Of a stretch of 64,000 nt of DNA, positions 34,631 to 48,626 are shown one piece after another (within the stretch, counting starts at the first letter, position 1; every line of letters begins with the position of its first letter). The DNA comes from Escherichia coli (GTDB taxonomy: Bacteria > Pseudomonadota > Gammaproteobacteria > Enterobacterales > Enterobacteriaceae). Made by a program: the position numbers and the translations under genes. Location of the stretch: assembly GCF_003334355.1 (NCBI RefSeq), contig NZ_QOWP01000002.1; one strand, 5' to 3'. Below the pieces are notes generated by a model that worked only from the letters and a program-made list of their open reading frames with translations, searched no databases and had not been told where the DNA came from.

Positions 34631-37353
34631 TGTTGTGCCTCCTTGAGATCCTCAAGATGCGCGCCAGCCAGCACCGGAGCAATACCGGACATACCCATCG
34701 GCAAGCCCACCTGCCCTGCCGTCAGCCCTTCAGCGATTTCAACCGGCAGCGTGACCGTGTTGCCATCGTAACTAAAGGAGACGTGTGTACCTGCGTTCAC
34801 ACCTAACTTCGCGGCATCCGCTGGGTTGAGTTTGATGTACGGCTGCGGCATACGGCTCTGGAAGACCGGAGCACGCTGTGACAATTCATCGCTGCCAAAC
34901 AGGTGGTAATACGGCGCGATACGCCATTTCCCGTCCTGCGGCTGGAAGCGTGCCGGTACGCTGGTGAAGTAATCCAGACCATTTTCGCTGGTTTCAAACA
35001 GACGCACGCCCGGATCGCCAAAGCGCAGTTTGCCGCCCACTTCGTCCTGGAATTTGTTCCACGCCTGCGGGGAGTTCCAGCCCGGCGCCCAGGCAAACGG
35101 CACTTGCGAACGGTGCGCAGTCGGCTGGTTGTTACCTTCCATCGAGAAGGTGAACATGGTGTCAATATCCTGCGGCTGACGCGGCTCATGAACGCTGATA
35201 TTGGCGCGCATGGCGGTACGACCGCTGTAACGGTGCGGTTCACGGGCCAGTTTCTGCCCACGAATACGGAATGTCGCATCCGGCGCAGCATCTTTGATAC
35301 CTGCCAGTTCCGGGATTTTCGCCACAACAGCGTCAATCACATGGTCGAGCTGCGTCCAGTCCACTTCACGGCTCAGCAGGGTGCTGTGCAGCGAGTGTAA
35401 CCAGCGCCAGCTTTCCAGCATGACAGTTTTGCTGTCGTAATAAGCAGGATCGTAAACCTGGAAGAAACGTTGGGCGCGGCCTTCGTTGTTGATCACCGTA
35501 CCGTCGCTTTCAGCAAAGCTGGCAGCAGAAAGTACCAGATGGGCGTTTTCCATAATCGCTGTGCGTTGATGATCAACCACCATCACCAGCGGTGCTTTAG
35601 CCAGCGCAGCATTCACGCGGATAGCAGAAGCGTGACGATGCAGATCGTTTTCCAACACCACCACCGCGTCGGCGCGTCCGGTTTCCAGTTCGGTTAACGC
35701 TTCTTCAAGCGAACCGCCACCCATAATGCCCAGCCCCATGCTGTTGACGGAACGGGCAATCATGGTGATACCGACGTCAGCGCCGCGACCTTTCAGGGCT
35801 TTCGCGACGTTAGCCGCCGCCTGAATCACCTCTAAGCTACCGGCGTTCGTCCCGGAGATAATCAACGGTTTCTTCGCACCTGCCAGTGCCTGCACGATGA
35901 CGTCGATTTTGCTTTGCAGCTCAGGTTCGATACCGTCAACCGCTGGTGCAGAGTTATCCAGCGCATGGGCGATGGCAAAACCTAAACGCGCCTGATCTTC
36001 AACCGGTGCGCGGTAAGTCCACGCCGCGATATCATCCAGACGGGTGTCATCAACGTTGGTAACAAACAGCGGATGCTTCGCACGTTGACCGATGTTGAGG
36101 ATTGCCGCAATCTGCCAGTCAGCCACTTTCTGTGCTGCCGCCATTTCGCGCGCTTTACCTTTCACAGCCTGACGCACTGCCAGCGCGACGCGCGCGCCGG
36201 TCTGGGTAACGTCTTCGCCCAGCACCAGTACCGCATCGTAAGATTCGATTTCGCGCAGAGCCGGAGTATAAATGCCGCCTTCACGCAGCACTTTCAGCGC
36301 CAGTTGCAGACGTTCCTGCTCACCGTGAGCGATACCGGTGTAGAAGTTTTCTTCGCCCACCAGTTCACGCAGCGCAAAGTTGCTTTCCACGCTGGCACGC
36401 GGAGAACCAATACCGATCACTTTCTTCGACTGACGCAGAATATCTGCCGCGCCCTGCATTGCCTGTTCGGCGTTGAGGGTAATGAAATCATCGCCACGAC
36501 GCTGTACTGGCTGACGCGGACGATCCTTCAGGTTGACGTAACCGTAACCGAAACGACCACGGTCGCAGAGGAAGTAGTGGTTTACCGTACCGTTGTAACG
36601 GTTTTCGATACGACGCAGTTCGCCGTAACGTTCACCGGGGCTGATGTTACAGCCGATGGAACATTGCTGGCAGATGCTCGGCGCAAACTGCATATCCCAT
36701 TTACGGTTGTAACGCTCGGAGTGCGTTTTGTCGGTAAATACGCCGGTCGGGCAAATTTCGACCAGGTTACCGGAAAATTCGCTTTCCAGCGTGCCGTCTT
36801 CCGGGCGACCGAAGTAGACGTTGTCGTGCGCACCGTAAACGCCCAGATCTGTACCGTCAGCGTAATCTTTGTAGTAACGCACACAGCGGTAGCAGGCGAT
36901 GCAGCGGTTCATTTCGTGAGAGATGAATGGCCCCAAATCCTGATTACGGTGGGTACGTTTGGTGAAACGGTAGCGACGGAAGCTGTGTCCGGTCATCACA
37001 GTCATATCCTGAAGATGGCAGTTACCGCCCTCTTCACATACCGGACAGTCGTGCGGGTGGTTGGTCATCAACCACTCGACCACGCTTTCACGGAACTGTT
37101 TCGCTTCTTCGTCGTCAATGGAAATAAAGGTGCCATCGGAAGCCGGTGTCATACAGGACATCACCAGGCGACCACGCGTGTCTTCCGCGTTTTGGTATTG
37201 CTTCACCGCACACTGGCGGCAAGCACCGACACTTCCCAGCGCCGGATGCCAGCAAAAGTAAGGAATATCAAGGCCCAGAGACAGACAAGCTTCCAGCAGG
37301 TTGTCCGCTCCGTTGACCTCGTATTCTTTGCCGTCTACATGAATTGTAGCCAT
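34627..37353 (-). CDS. nuoG: NADH:quinone oxidoreductase subunit G (Fe-S, molybdopterin-oxidoreductase-like)
   Basis: ORF 34627..37359; 908-aa form starting [14 protein letters not shown]-terminal 2Fe-2S and 4Fe-4S cysteine clusters. Confidence 0.95.
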
Positions 37354-37405
37354 TAGCATGCTTCCAGTTTTCTCAGTCAGAGACTGAGCGTTAATCGAAA
37401 TTCGG

Positions 37406-38743
37406 TTACCAGCGCTCTTTCAGCAGGTTCGGCTGAATCCCATTAATCAAATGGGTATTGCTGAACGGCTGTTTGATTCCCGCCTCAAATTCTTCGCGGA
37501 AATATTTGATGGCGCTCTGTAACGGCTCCACTGCACCAGGTGCGTGGGCACAGAAAGTTTTACCCGGGCCTAAGAATCGACACAGTTGCTCAAGTGTTTC
37601 GATATCGCCCGGCTGACCTTCACCACGCTCCAGCGCACGCAGAATTTTCACGCTCCACGGCAGACCGTCGCGGCACGGCGTACACCAGCCGCAGGACTCA
37701 CGGGCGAAAAACTCTTCCAGGTTACGCACCAGCGACACCATGTTGATCTCATGGTCAACCGCCATCGCCAGCGCCGTACCCAGACGGCTGCCCGCTTTAC
37801 CGATACTTTCGAATTCCATCGGCAGATCAAGGTGCGCTTCGGTCAGGAAGTCAGTCCCCGCGCCGCCTGGCTGCCAGGCTTTAAATTTCAGACCATCACG
37901 CATACCACCGGCGTAATCTTCGAGGATCTCGCGTGCGGTGGTGCCGAACGGCAGTTCCCACAGTCCCGGATTTTTCACCCGACCGGAGAAGCCCATCAGC
38001 TTGGTGCCAGCATCTTTACTTTTCGAGATGTTCTGATACCACTCCACGCCGTTAGCGAGGATCGCCGGAACGTTACACAGGGTTTCGACGTTGTTGACAC
38101 AGGTCGGTTTGCCCCATACGCCGGAGGTTGCCGGGAAGGGGGGTTTCGAGCGTGGGTTAGCACGACGCCCTTCCAGGGAGTTGATTAACGCTGTTTCTTC
38201 CCCGCAGATGTAGCGCCCTGCCCCGGTATGGACGAACAGTTCGAAGTCAAAACCTGTTCCCATAATATTTTTGCCAAGCAGACCTGCTTCGGTGGCTTCG
38301 GCAATGGCGCGGCGCAGATTTACTGCCGCTTCGATATATTCGCCACGCAGGAAGATGTAGCCACGGTAAGCTTTCAGCGCAAACGCGGAGATGAGCATAC
38401 CTTCCACCAGCAGGTGCGGCAGTTGCTCCATCAGCAGGCGGTCTTTATAGGTGCCTGGCTCCATTTCATCGGCGTTACACAGCAGGTAACGGATGTTCAT
38501 GGATTCGTCTTTCGGCATCAGGCTCCATTTCAGGCCGGTAGAAAAGCCCGCGCCACCGCGCCCTTTCAGACCAGCGTCTTTTACCTGATTAACGATTTCG
38601 TCCGGAGACAGCCCGGTCAGCGCCTTACGCGCGCCTTCGTAACCGTTTTTGCTGCGATATTCGTCCAGCCACACTGGCTGTTTGTCATCGCGCAGACGCC
38701 AGGTCAGCGGATGCGTTTCGGGAGTACGGATAATGTTTTTCAT
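37406..38743 (-). CDS. nuoF: NADH:quinone oxidoreductase subunit F (NADH/FMN-binding, 4Fe-4S)
   Basis: 445 aa; FMN/NADH-binding glycine-rich motifs. Confidence 0.95.
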   Translation of the reverse strand: MKNIIRTPETHPLTWRLRDDKQPVWLDEYRSKNGYEGARKALTGLSPDEIVNQVKDAGLKGRGGAGFSTGLKWSLMPKDESMNIRYLLCNADEMEPGTYKDRLLMEQLPHLLVEGMLISAFALKAYRGYIFLRGEYIEAAVNLRRAIAEATEAGLLGKNIMGTGFDFELFVHTGAGRYICGEETALINSLEGRRANPRSKPPFPATSGVWGKPTCVNNVETLCNVPAILANGVEWYQNISKSKDAGTKLMGFSGRVKNPGLWELPFGTTAREILEDYAGGMRDGLKFKAWQPGGAGTDFLTEAHLDLPMEFESIGKAGSRLGTALAMAVDHEINMVSLVRNLEEFFARESCGWCTPCRDGLPWSVKILRALERGEGQPGDIETLEQLCRFLGPGKTFCAHAPGAVEPLQSAIKYFREEFEAGIKQPFSNTHLINGIQPNLLKERW

Positions 38744-39240
38744 TTATACCGCTCCAGCAGTTCAGGGATCGCTTCCGGGGTCAGATGCGCGTGAGTATCC
38801 TCATCGATCATCATGTTTGGCCCTTTATCACAGTTCCCCAGGCAGCAAGTTGGCAGCAGCGTAAAGCGACCGTCAAATGTCGTTTGCCCTGGTTTGATGT
38901 TTAGCTTTTTCTCGAGCGCCGCCTGAATACCCTGGTAACCGTTGATATGACAGACCACGCTGTCACAATAACGGATCACATGGCGGCCAACCGGCTGGCG
39001 GAAGATCTGGCTGTAGAACGTTGCCACACCTTCGACGTCGCTTGCCGGAATACCCAGCACATCGGCGATCGCGTGGATCGCACCATCCGGCACCCAGCCA
39101 CGCTGCTTCTGAACGATTTTCAGCGCTTCAATGGACGCCGCACGCGGGTCTTCGTAGTGGTGCATCTCGTGCTCAATCGCTTCACGCTCTGCCGCACTCA
39201 GCTCAAAAGCCTCGGTTTGTGGTTGTTGATTCTCGTGCAT
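38740..39240 (-). CDS. nuoE: NADH:quinone oxidoreductase subunit E (2Fe-2S)
   Basis: 166 aa; thioredoxin-like ferredoxin cysteines. Confidence 0.95.
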
Positions 39241-39242
39241 AA

Positions 39243-41033
39243 TTAGCGGTCCACATCTGACATAACAAAATCGATACTGCCCAGATAAACAATCAGGTCA
39301 GACACCAGGCTGCCGCGGATCGCCGCCGGAATTTGCTGCAAATGCGCATAACTCGGCGTGCGGATACGAGTGCGATAACTCATGGTGCTACCGTCGCTGG
39401 TCAGGTAGTAACTGTTGATCCCCTTGGTCGCCTCAATCATCTGGAAAGATTCATTGGCAGGCATCACCGGCCCCCACGACACTTGCAGGAAGTGGGTGAT
39501 CAGGGTTTCGATATGTTGCAGCGTGCGCTCTTTCGGCGGCGGCGTGGTCAGCGGGTGATCCGCTTTGAACGGGCCTTCCGGCATGTTGTTGAGGCACTGC
39601 TCAAGAATGCGCAGACTCTGGCGCAGCTCTTCCACTTTCAGCATTACGCGGGTGTAGCAGTCAGAAACACCACCACCAACCGGGATTTCAAAGTCGAAGT
39701 TTTCATAGCCAGAATAAGGACGCGCCTTACGCACGTCGAAGTCGATCCCGGTAGCACGCAGGCCCGCGCCAGTGGTGCCCCACTCCAGCGCCTCTTTCGC
39801 GCCATAGGCGGCAACGCCCTGGGAACGACCTTTCAGAATGGTATTTTGCAGCGCCGCTTTCTCGTAAGACGCCAGACGTTTCGGCATCCAGTCGAGGAAC
39901 TCACGCAGCAGGCGATCCCAGCCGCGCGGCAGGTCGTGCGCTACGCCGCCAATACGGAACCACGCCGGGTGCATACGGAAACCCGTGATCGCTTCCACCA
40001 GATCGTAAATTTTCTGACGATCGGTAAAGGCGAAGAACACGGGCGTCATTGCGCCGACGTCCTGAATAAAGGTCGAGATGTACAGCAGGTGGCTGTTGAT
40101 ACGGAACAGTTCGGAGAGCATAACGCGAATGACGTTAACGCGATCCGGCACGGTGATCCCGGCCAGTTTCTCTACCGCCAGCACGTAAGGCATTTCGTTA
40201 ACGCAGCCGCCGAGGTATTCAATACGGTCGGTATACGGAATGTAGCTGTGCCAGGACTGGCGCTCGCCCATTTTCTCCGCACCACGGTGGTGGTAGCCGA
40301 TGTCTGGTACGCAGTCGACAATCTCTTCGCCGTCGAGTTGTAAAACGATACGGAAAGCCCCGTGCGCCGACGGGTGGTTCGGACCGAGGTTGAGGAACAT
40401 GAAGTCCTCGTTTTCGGTGCCGCGCTTCATCCCCCACTCTTCCGGTTTGAAGGTCAGGGCTTCCATCTCCAGATCCTGTTTGGCTTTGGTCAGCTCAAAC
40501 GGCGAGAATTCGGTAGCGCGCGCCGGGTAATCTTTACGCAGCGGGTGACCTTTCCAGGTTTGCGGCATCATGATGCGGCGCAGGTTCGGGTGACCGTCGA
40601 AAGTAATGCCAAACAGATCCCAGGTTTCACGCTCATACCAGTTAGCGTTCGGGAACAGTTTGGTGAAGGTCGGTACGTGCAGGTCGTTTTCTGCCAGCGC
40701 CACCTTCAGCATGATGTCGCGGTTACGATCGATAGAAATCAGATGGTAGAAAACGGAAAAATCCGCGGCAGGTAACCCTTCGCGGTGTGTGCGCAGACGT
40801 TCGTCCATGCCGTGTAAGTCAAACAGCATGACGTAAGGTTTCGGCAGTTTCTTTAAGAAATCGCCAACTTCCAGTAATTGTTCACGCTTGATCCACACAA
40901 CGGGAACCCCGGTGCGAGTCGCCTGAACAGTAAAGGCATCCGGCCCAAAACGGTTGCGCAGTTCGCCAATTACCGGATCATCAAGATGATCGCGGGTCTG
41001 CCAGGCGGGTTCTTGCGCGGTTAAGTCGGTCAT
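39243..41033 (-). CDS. nuoC: NADH:quinone oxidoreductase fused subunit C/D
   Basis: ORF 39243..41045 (600 codons); likely start at MTDLTAQ...; fused 30-kDa and 49-kDa subunit homologues. Confidence 0.9.
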
Positions 41034-41138
41034 ATTGTTCACCATTGCAAATGGTCCGTGGTGACTGTCGGCGCAGTAAGCTTCGCGAAATAGATTTAGG
41101 AATAAGCGAAGAAAAATCCCTTTGCCGACAGGCGCAAA

Positions 41139-41801
41139 TTAAATCTCGTCAGGTGTACGCAGGTTGGTTACGGCAATGCGTTCACCGCGCTTGCGTTCGC
41201 GCTCTGATTGCATATTGGCGCGATAAACGCCCTGATCGCCAACCACCCAGGAGAGCGGACGACGTTCTTTGCCGATAGATTCCTGCAACAGCATCAGTGC
41301 CTGCATGTACGCTTCAGGACGCGGCGGGCAGCCCGGGATATACACATCAACCGGGATGAATTTATCGACGCCCTGCACAACGGAATAAATATCGTACATA
41401 CCACCAGAGTTGGCACAGGCACCCATTGAGATAACCCATTTTGGTTCCAGCATCTGGTCATACAGACGCTGAATAACCGGTGCCATTTTGGTAAAGCAGG
41501 TTCCTGCAACCACCATCAGGTCAGCCTGACGCGGCGAAGCACGCAATACTTCTGCGCCAAAACGCGCCACGTCATGCACCGCGGTAAACGAAGTCACCAT
41601 CTCAACGTAACAGCAGGAAAGACCGAAGTTATACGGCCAAATTGAGTTTTTACGACCCCAGTTAACCATGTCATTGAGCTTGCCCATAAACACGTTTTTG
41701 TTAACTTCTTGCTCCAGAGGGTCGGTTACGATCTCCTGCTTTTGCAGGGGATAACGGTCGTTCTCACCGTTGGGATCTATGCGGGTGAGCGTATAATCCA
41801 T
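41139..41801 (-). CDS. nuoB: NADH:quinone oxidoreductase subunit B (4Fe-4S N2 cluster)
   Basis: 220 aa; CCxxE...C...CP motifs. Confidence 0.95.
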
Positions 41802-41816
41802 CTTAATGCCTCGCGG

Positions 41817-42260
41817 TTAGCGTTGACGATTAGCGATACTGTTCGTTTCCGGGTTCATACGCTCGCGGCGTGAACGCGCGGGCGTCCAGTCCAGCGCGCC
41901 AATACGCACCAGATAAACCAGACCTGCCAGTAACACAAAAATAAAAATTGCAGCTTCCACAAAGCCTACCCAGCCGCTTTCGCGGATAGAGGTTGACCAT
42001 GCGAACAGATACAGCGCTTCAACGTCGAAGATAACGAAGAACATGGCCACCAGATAAAACTTGGCGGACAGGCGTAAGCGGGCGGAGCCGACCGAGTCGA
42101 TACCGGATTCAAACGGCACGTTTTTCGACCTCGCGCGTGCGCGACCGCCTAAAAACCAACCGCCTACCAGCATCAGGCAACACAGGCCAATGGCAACGAT
42201 AAGAAAGATAGCGAATGCCCAGTGATGAGCGATGACTTCAGTGGATGTTGACATACTCAT
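41817..42260 (-). CDS. nuoA: NADH:quinone oxidoreductase subunit A
   Basis: 147 aa, 3 TM helices; first gene of the operon. Confidence 0.95.
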
Positions 42261-42890
42261 TGCTTACTCATCAAAAGTAGCGCCAGATTCACTGCTCTTC
42301 ACGGCAGATGGACGCCACATCGATTCATGGGGAGGAATAAAAAAAACCTTACAATCACTGTAGAAATTCTTTTATACAGCTAATTGATGTGGTCTTTTAC
42401 TCCTTTCTATAACCTTTTGTCAACTTTAACAAAAGTTTCTTCACATTAGTTTACATAATATCAACACCATTAGCATTTAATGCCCTTTCACCCCAGATCC
42501 TTGACGACTCCAGGATAATTAGATGTTGTTGAATCGTGTCCGTTGTGAAGCAATGGAAAAAATACGGGTCTATTTTGACAGGAATTTGTGTCGATTCCTC
42601 CCCCCAAAAGAGAGTATTTTCTTGATCTGTGACACGCTTTTGTCATTCCATAACAAAAACGCAGCAACAAATTTACGTATTTTTTAACATCATTGTAGCA
42701 GGTGATTTTTTTCAGGCGATTATTTGTGCGTTCGGGACGTGAATCTCTGGTGATTGAAAAATGAACAGCTTTGTGCGTTCTGCACTATGCGAGGAAGGAT
42801 TTTTACTAAAAAAAAGCCGCTGGGGTTTAAAACACCCCCAGCGGCTCGTTTTTTACACTATTGTCTCAGGAATTATCTATCGTCCGTCGA
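42261..42890 (-). promoter_or_regulatory. nuo operon promoter/leader region (long AT-rich upstream region)
   Basis: 630-nt non-coding AT-rich gap between lrhA and nuoA; no credible ORF; individual sites not resolved by eye. Confidence 0.5.
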
Positions 42891-43832
<942 letters not shown>

Positions 43833-44748
43833 TTATCACTTACTGGCGGCTCATACTGAGCTGGTTAATGCTGTGCACACACAAACAAGCAATTCCATTT
43901 GTAATGTGCCTCCCTGGCAGTTTCATCCGGAACCCGGACGAAAGTAAAAATGCATATGAGTTGCACTAAAAAAGCGACTCACATTGTTCCGTTATAATGC
44001 CTGAAGTAGATCACAGAATATATCTTCAGGGATCGCATATCTATTAAGTTACTCACTCTTTTCTATTTATGACATGCGCGTGTTTGTATAAATGTAAATG
44101 TGAGTCCTTGTTCCACTCTCGTGCAGCATCGCTGGTCATACGCGAACACGTACAAACAGCAATGGTGAGGCGGCATCAAGAGCAGGGATCCGTCATTTAT
44201 GCGAGCATTTTACCCCAAAAACCTTTTATTTATAAGGGTCATTGCGAATTATCTGATGCAAAGTTATGTTATGTTAGGCAAAGTAATCTTCTATTATTAA
44301 TAAGCACATCAAAACCTTTTTGAATATTAAATAATAATTAATTAGCATCATCCTCATTCATTAATTCCGCTTAACAATAGTTTCACACCTTGCCCCCATT
44401 ACGACACCTCGGAAATCATCACGCTGTTAAACTCTCCGTAATGCGGAAATATCATCATCGCGTTTCATTAGTGAATTCTTAAATGAGGCATTTTCACACA
44501 ATTATCTTACAGATAAAAAAACCAGACTTACAATTAAGAATCAGAACAATTCACTATATAACATTGCATGTAAAGCATATACACCTCATTATTTTGTCAT
44601 TATTAAGTTATTAACAGCACAATCGAGCCTTCCCCTCTGGCAAAATCTTATTCTGCAGACCTTCAAAACACCGTCCTGGGGGAGTACATTGTTCTAAGCT
44701 GACTTCCACGGCAGGGAGTGGCGATAACAGCAAAAAAGGTCAAGATTC

Positions 44749-45966
44749 ATGTCCCCCATTGAAAAATCCAGCAAATTAGAGAATGTCTGTTATGACATCC
44801 GTGGTCCGGTGCTGAAAGAAGCAAAACGCCTGGAAGAAGAAGGTAACAAGGTACTGAAACTGAACATCGGCAACCCAGCCCCGTTCGGTTTTGACGCGCC
44901 AGATGAAATCCTCGTTGACGTGATACGCAACCTGCCTACCGCTCAAGGGTATTGCGATTCCAAAGGTCTTTACTCCGCGCGTAAAGCCATCATGCAGCAC
45001 TACCAGGCTCGTGGCATGCGTGATGTTACCGTGGAAGATATTTACATCGGCAATGGTGTATCGGAGCTTATCGTTCAGGCAATGCAGGCATTGCTGAACA
45101 GCGGGGACGAAATGTTGGTTCCTGCACCAGATTACCCACTATGGACCGCGGCGGTTTCGCTTTCCAGCGGTAAAGCGGTGCATTATCTTTGCGATGAATC
45201 CTCTGACTGGTTCCCGGACCTCGATGATATTCGCGCTAAAATTACGCCTCGTACGCGTGGGATCGTTATTATCAACCCAAATAACCCAACCGGCGCGGTA
45301 TATTCCAAAGAGCTTTTAATGGAGATTGTGGAGATTGCACGTCAGCATAATCTCATTATCTTCGCCGATGAAATTTATGACAAAATTCTCTACGACGACG
45401 CTGAGCATCACTCAATTGCACCGCTGGCACCTGACCTGCTGACCATTACCTTTAACGGACTGTCGAAAACGTACCGCGTTGCAGGCTTCCGTCAGGGGTG
45501 GATGGTGTTGAACGGGCCGAAAAAACACGCCAAAGGCTACATTGAAGGTCTGGAAATGCTGGCTTCAATGCGCCTGTGTGCTAACGTTCCTGCGCAACAC
45601 GCCATTCAGACCGCGCTAGGTGGTTATCAGAGCATCAGTGAATTTATTACCCCTGGCGGTCGTCTTTATGAGCAGCGTAACCGCGCGTGGGAACTGATCA
45701 ACGATATTCCGGGCGTTTCCTGCGTGAAACCTCGTGGTGCGCTGTATATGTTCCCGAAAATCGACGCCAAACGCTTTAACATTCACGACGATCAGAAAAT
45801 GGTGCTGGATTTCCTGTTGCAGGAAAAAGTTCTGTTGGTGCAAGGGACGGCATTCAACTGGCCGTGGCCGGATCACTTCCGCATTGTCACGCTACCGCGT
45901 GTCGATGATATCGAGCTGTCTTTGAGCAAGTTCGCGCGTTTCCTTTCTGGTTATCATCAGCTGTAA
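44749..45966 (+). CDS. alaA: Glutamate-pyruvate aminotransferase (class I PLP aminotransferase)
   Basis: 405 aa; aminotransferase class I fold with PLP-lysine region NGLSKTYRVAGFRQG. Confidence 0.9.
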   Translation: MSPIEKSSKLENVCYDIRGPVLKEAKRLEEEGNKVLKLNIGNPAPFGFDAPDEILVDVIRNLPTAQGYCDSKGLYSARKAIMQHYQARGMRDVTVEDIYIGNGVSELIVQAMQALLNSGDEMLVPAPDYPLWTAAVSLSSGKAVHYLCDESSDWFPDLDDIRAKITPRTRGIVIINPNNPTGAVYSKELLMEIVEIARQHNLIIFADEIYDKILYDDAEHHSIAPLAPDLLTITFNGLSKTYRVAGFRQGWMVLNGPKKHAKGYIEGLEMLASMRLCANVPAQHAIQTALGGYQSISEFITPGGRLYEQRNRAWELINDIPGVSCVKPRGALYMFPKIDAKRFNIHDDQKMVLDFLLQEKVLLVQGTAFNWPWPDHFRIVTLPRVDDIELSLSKFARFLSGYHQL

Positions 45967-46049
45967 TCTTAATTTCACTGCCGGAGATTGCATCCGGCAG
46001 CGTTATCCCGCCACAATGACCTGATGATGTCATCATACGTAAGGTCACT

Positions 46050-46649
46050 ATGAAACAGAGCCATTTTTTTGCCCATCTCTCCCGCCTGAAACTCATTAAC
46101 CGCTGGCCGCTCATGCGCAACGTGCGGACGGAAAATGTGTCCGAACACAGTTTGCAGGTAGCGATGGTCGCCCATGCGCTGGCAGCTATCAAAAATCGAA
46201 AATTTGGCGGTAATGTCAACGCCGAACGTATCGCTTTACTGGCGATGTACCACGATGCCTCAGAAGTGCTCACCGGCGATCTCCCTACTCCGGTGAAATA
46301 CTTCAATTCGCAAATCGCTCAGGAGTACAAGGCTATTGAAAAAATCGCTCAGCAAAAACTGGTCGATATGGTTCCGGAAGAGCTGCGGGATATCTTTGCG
46401 CCGTTAATTGACGAGCATGCATATAGCGATGAAGAAAAATCGCTGGTGAAACAGGCAGATGCACTGTGTGCATATCTGAAATGTCTGGAAGAACTCGCGG
46501 CCGGAAATAATGAATTCTTGCTGGCAAAAACGCGACTGGAAGCGACGCTTGAAGCGCGTCGCAGCCAGGAGATGGACTACTTCATGGAAGTATTTGTTCC
46601 CAGCTTCCATCTTTCGCTCGATGAGATTAGCCAGGATTCACCGCTGTAA
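46050..46649 (+). CDS. yfbR: HD-domain 5'-deoxynucleotidase YfbR
   Basis: 199 aa; HD motif ([10 protein letters not shown]...[11 protein letters not shown]). Confidence 0.9.
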
Positions 46650-46651
46650 GC

Positions 46652-46703
46652 AGCCGGAGTCTGCGTCGCATCAGGCAATAAGCGCCGGATGCGACATCAG
46701 GCT
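46652..46703. repeat. REP/BIME-type palindromic repeat between yfbR and yfbS
   Basis: gcgtcgcatcaggcaataagcgccggatgcgacatcaggc: paired inverted REP-like units. Confidence 0.6.
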
Positions 46704-46707
46704 CTTG

Positions 46708-48540
46708 TCAAAACGGAAACAGCATCGGGATCATCACCACACAAACCGCCATCACGATAATGGTGAACGGTACCCCCAACTTCACAAAGTCACTGAAGCT
46801 GTAATTTCCCGGACCTAAAACCAGTGTGTTAACAGGTGAAGAAACCGGTGTCATAAAGGCGGCGGATGCTGCCATCGCCACGACCATCGCGAATGGATAA
46901 GGCGACACCCCCATCGTTTTGGCAGCAGCCAGCGCAATCGGAGCCATCAACACCGCCGTCGCGGTATTAGAGATAAATAGCCCAATAACCGCCGACAAGA
47001 CAAACAAACACCCCAGCATCATATGTGGCCCGTAACCACCGCCAATGTCCATCAGCCCTTTCACCGCCAGCGCGACACCTCCCGTTTTCTGTAATGCCAC
47101 AGCAAACGGCATCATCCCAACGATCAAAATAATGCTCGGCCAGTGAATGGATTTATAGGCGCTTTCAGCATCTATACAGCGGAATTTCCCCATCAGCAGG
47201 CAGGCGATGATAGCGGCAACAGGATTAGGAATTTCATCGGTCAGCATTAACGCCACCATTAGCACCAGACAGAAAATGGCATGGGGTGCCTGGCTGTGCG
47301 CGGGCGATGCTTCACTCACCTCTTCCGGTAAGTTCAGCGCTACGAAGTCGCGGCCCTGTTTGGCCAGCATACCGATCAGTTTCCAGTTACCCACAACCAG
47401 GATGATATCGCCCAGCAGCAGAGGCTCATCCGCCAGCGAACCTTCCAGCGCCACGCCATTGCGCTTTAGCCCCACCACATTCAGTCCGTAGCGGGTACGA
47501 AAACCAATTTCGCGCACCGATTTACCAATCAGTTCTGACTCAGGAATTAATGAAATCTCTGCCATGCCCACATCAAGGGCCTGGTCAGAAAAATACTCGC
47601 CGCGCAGTACCATCGGCTCCAGCAATTGCTCACTACAAAATTGCCGGAGATCGACATCAGCCGCAGACATATCAATAAGCAAAACGTCACGCGCGCGAAA
47701 TTCAGAAACCCCATTAACGTTCACGATAACGCGACGAAAACGCCGCCAGCGTTCAACACCGATGACGTTAGCGCCATAACGCTCACGTAATTTGAGATCA
47801 TCCAGCCGTTGACCAATCATTGGCGATCCGGGGCGAATAGCCAGACGTCGCGCACGCCCGGTCAGTCGATATTCACGGATAAGATCGCGAAAGGTTCGAC
47901 GCGTCCAGCCTTCGCGCTGCGGGGTCTGGGTATCCCCTTTCAGCATGAAACGCATCACTAACATATACAAAATACCCAGCACCAGCACGACCAGGCCAAT
48001 AGGTGTTACGCTAAAGAAACTGAAGCCGTGATAGCCTTCACGCAGCAATTCACTGTTGACTACCAGGTTCGGCGGCGTCGCCACCAGCGTCATCATGCCG
48101 CTAATCAGCCCGGCAAAACTTAACGGCATCATCAGACGTGACGGCGAAGTTTGCATACGCATGGCAACGCTTAACACCACGGGAATAAAGATAGCGACAA
48201 CGCCGGTTGAACTCATAAACGCGCCAAGCCCCGCGACGGTCAGCATCAACAAAACCAACATTTTGATTTCACTGTTGCCCGCCACTTTGACCAGCCATGT
48301 TCCCATTACGGTGGCAACACCGGTACGGACCAAACCATCGCCAATAATAAACAAGGCGGCAATCAGGACAACGTTAGGATCAGAAAAGCCGGAAAATACT
48401 TCGGGGACCGTCAGCGTTCCGCTTAATGCAAACGCGACAATAACAAACAAAGCGACCGCATCCATACGCACTCTGCCCGTCGCAAACAAGACAATGGCAA
48501 CGGCCAGTAATGAAAGAACCCAAATCAATTCACCGTTCAC
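46708..48540 (-). CDS. yfbS: DASS/SLC13-family anion transporter with TrkA-C domains (YfbS)
   Basis: 610 aa; two membrane-domain halves flanking a cytoplasmic TrkA-C-like insert. Confidence 0.85.
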
Positions 48541-48580
48541 AACTTATCCTTGTTAATTGAGGGAGATGACTTGATTCTGC

Positions 48581-48608
48581 CATAAAAAAGCCCCGACGAG
48601 ACGGGGCT
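48581..48608 (-). terminator. Rho-independent terminator downstream of yfbS
   Basis: Minus-strand hairpin agccccgtctcgtcggggct followed by TTTTTTAT. Confidence 0.65.
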
Positions 48609-48626
48609 AAATCATGATCAGGTGTT

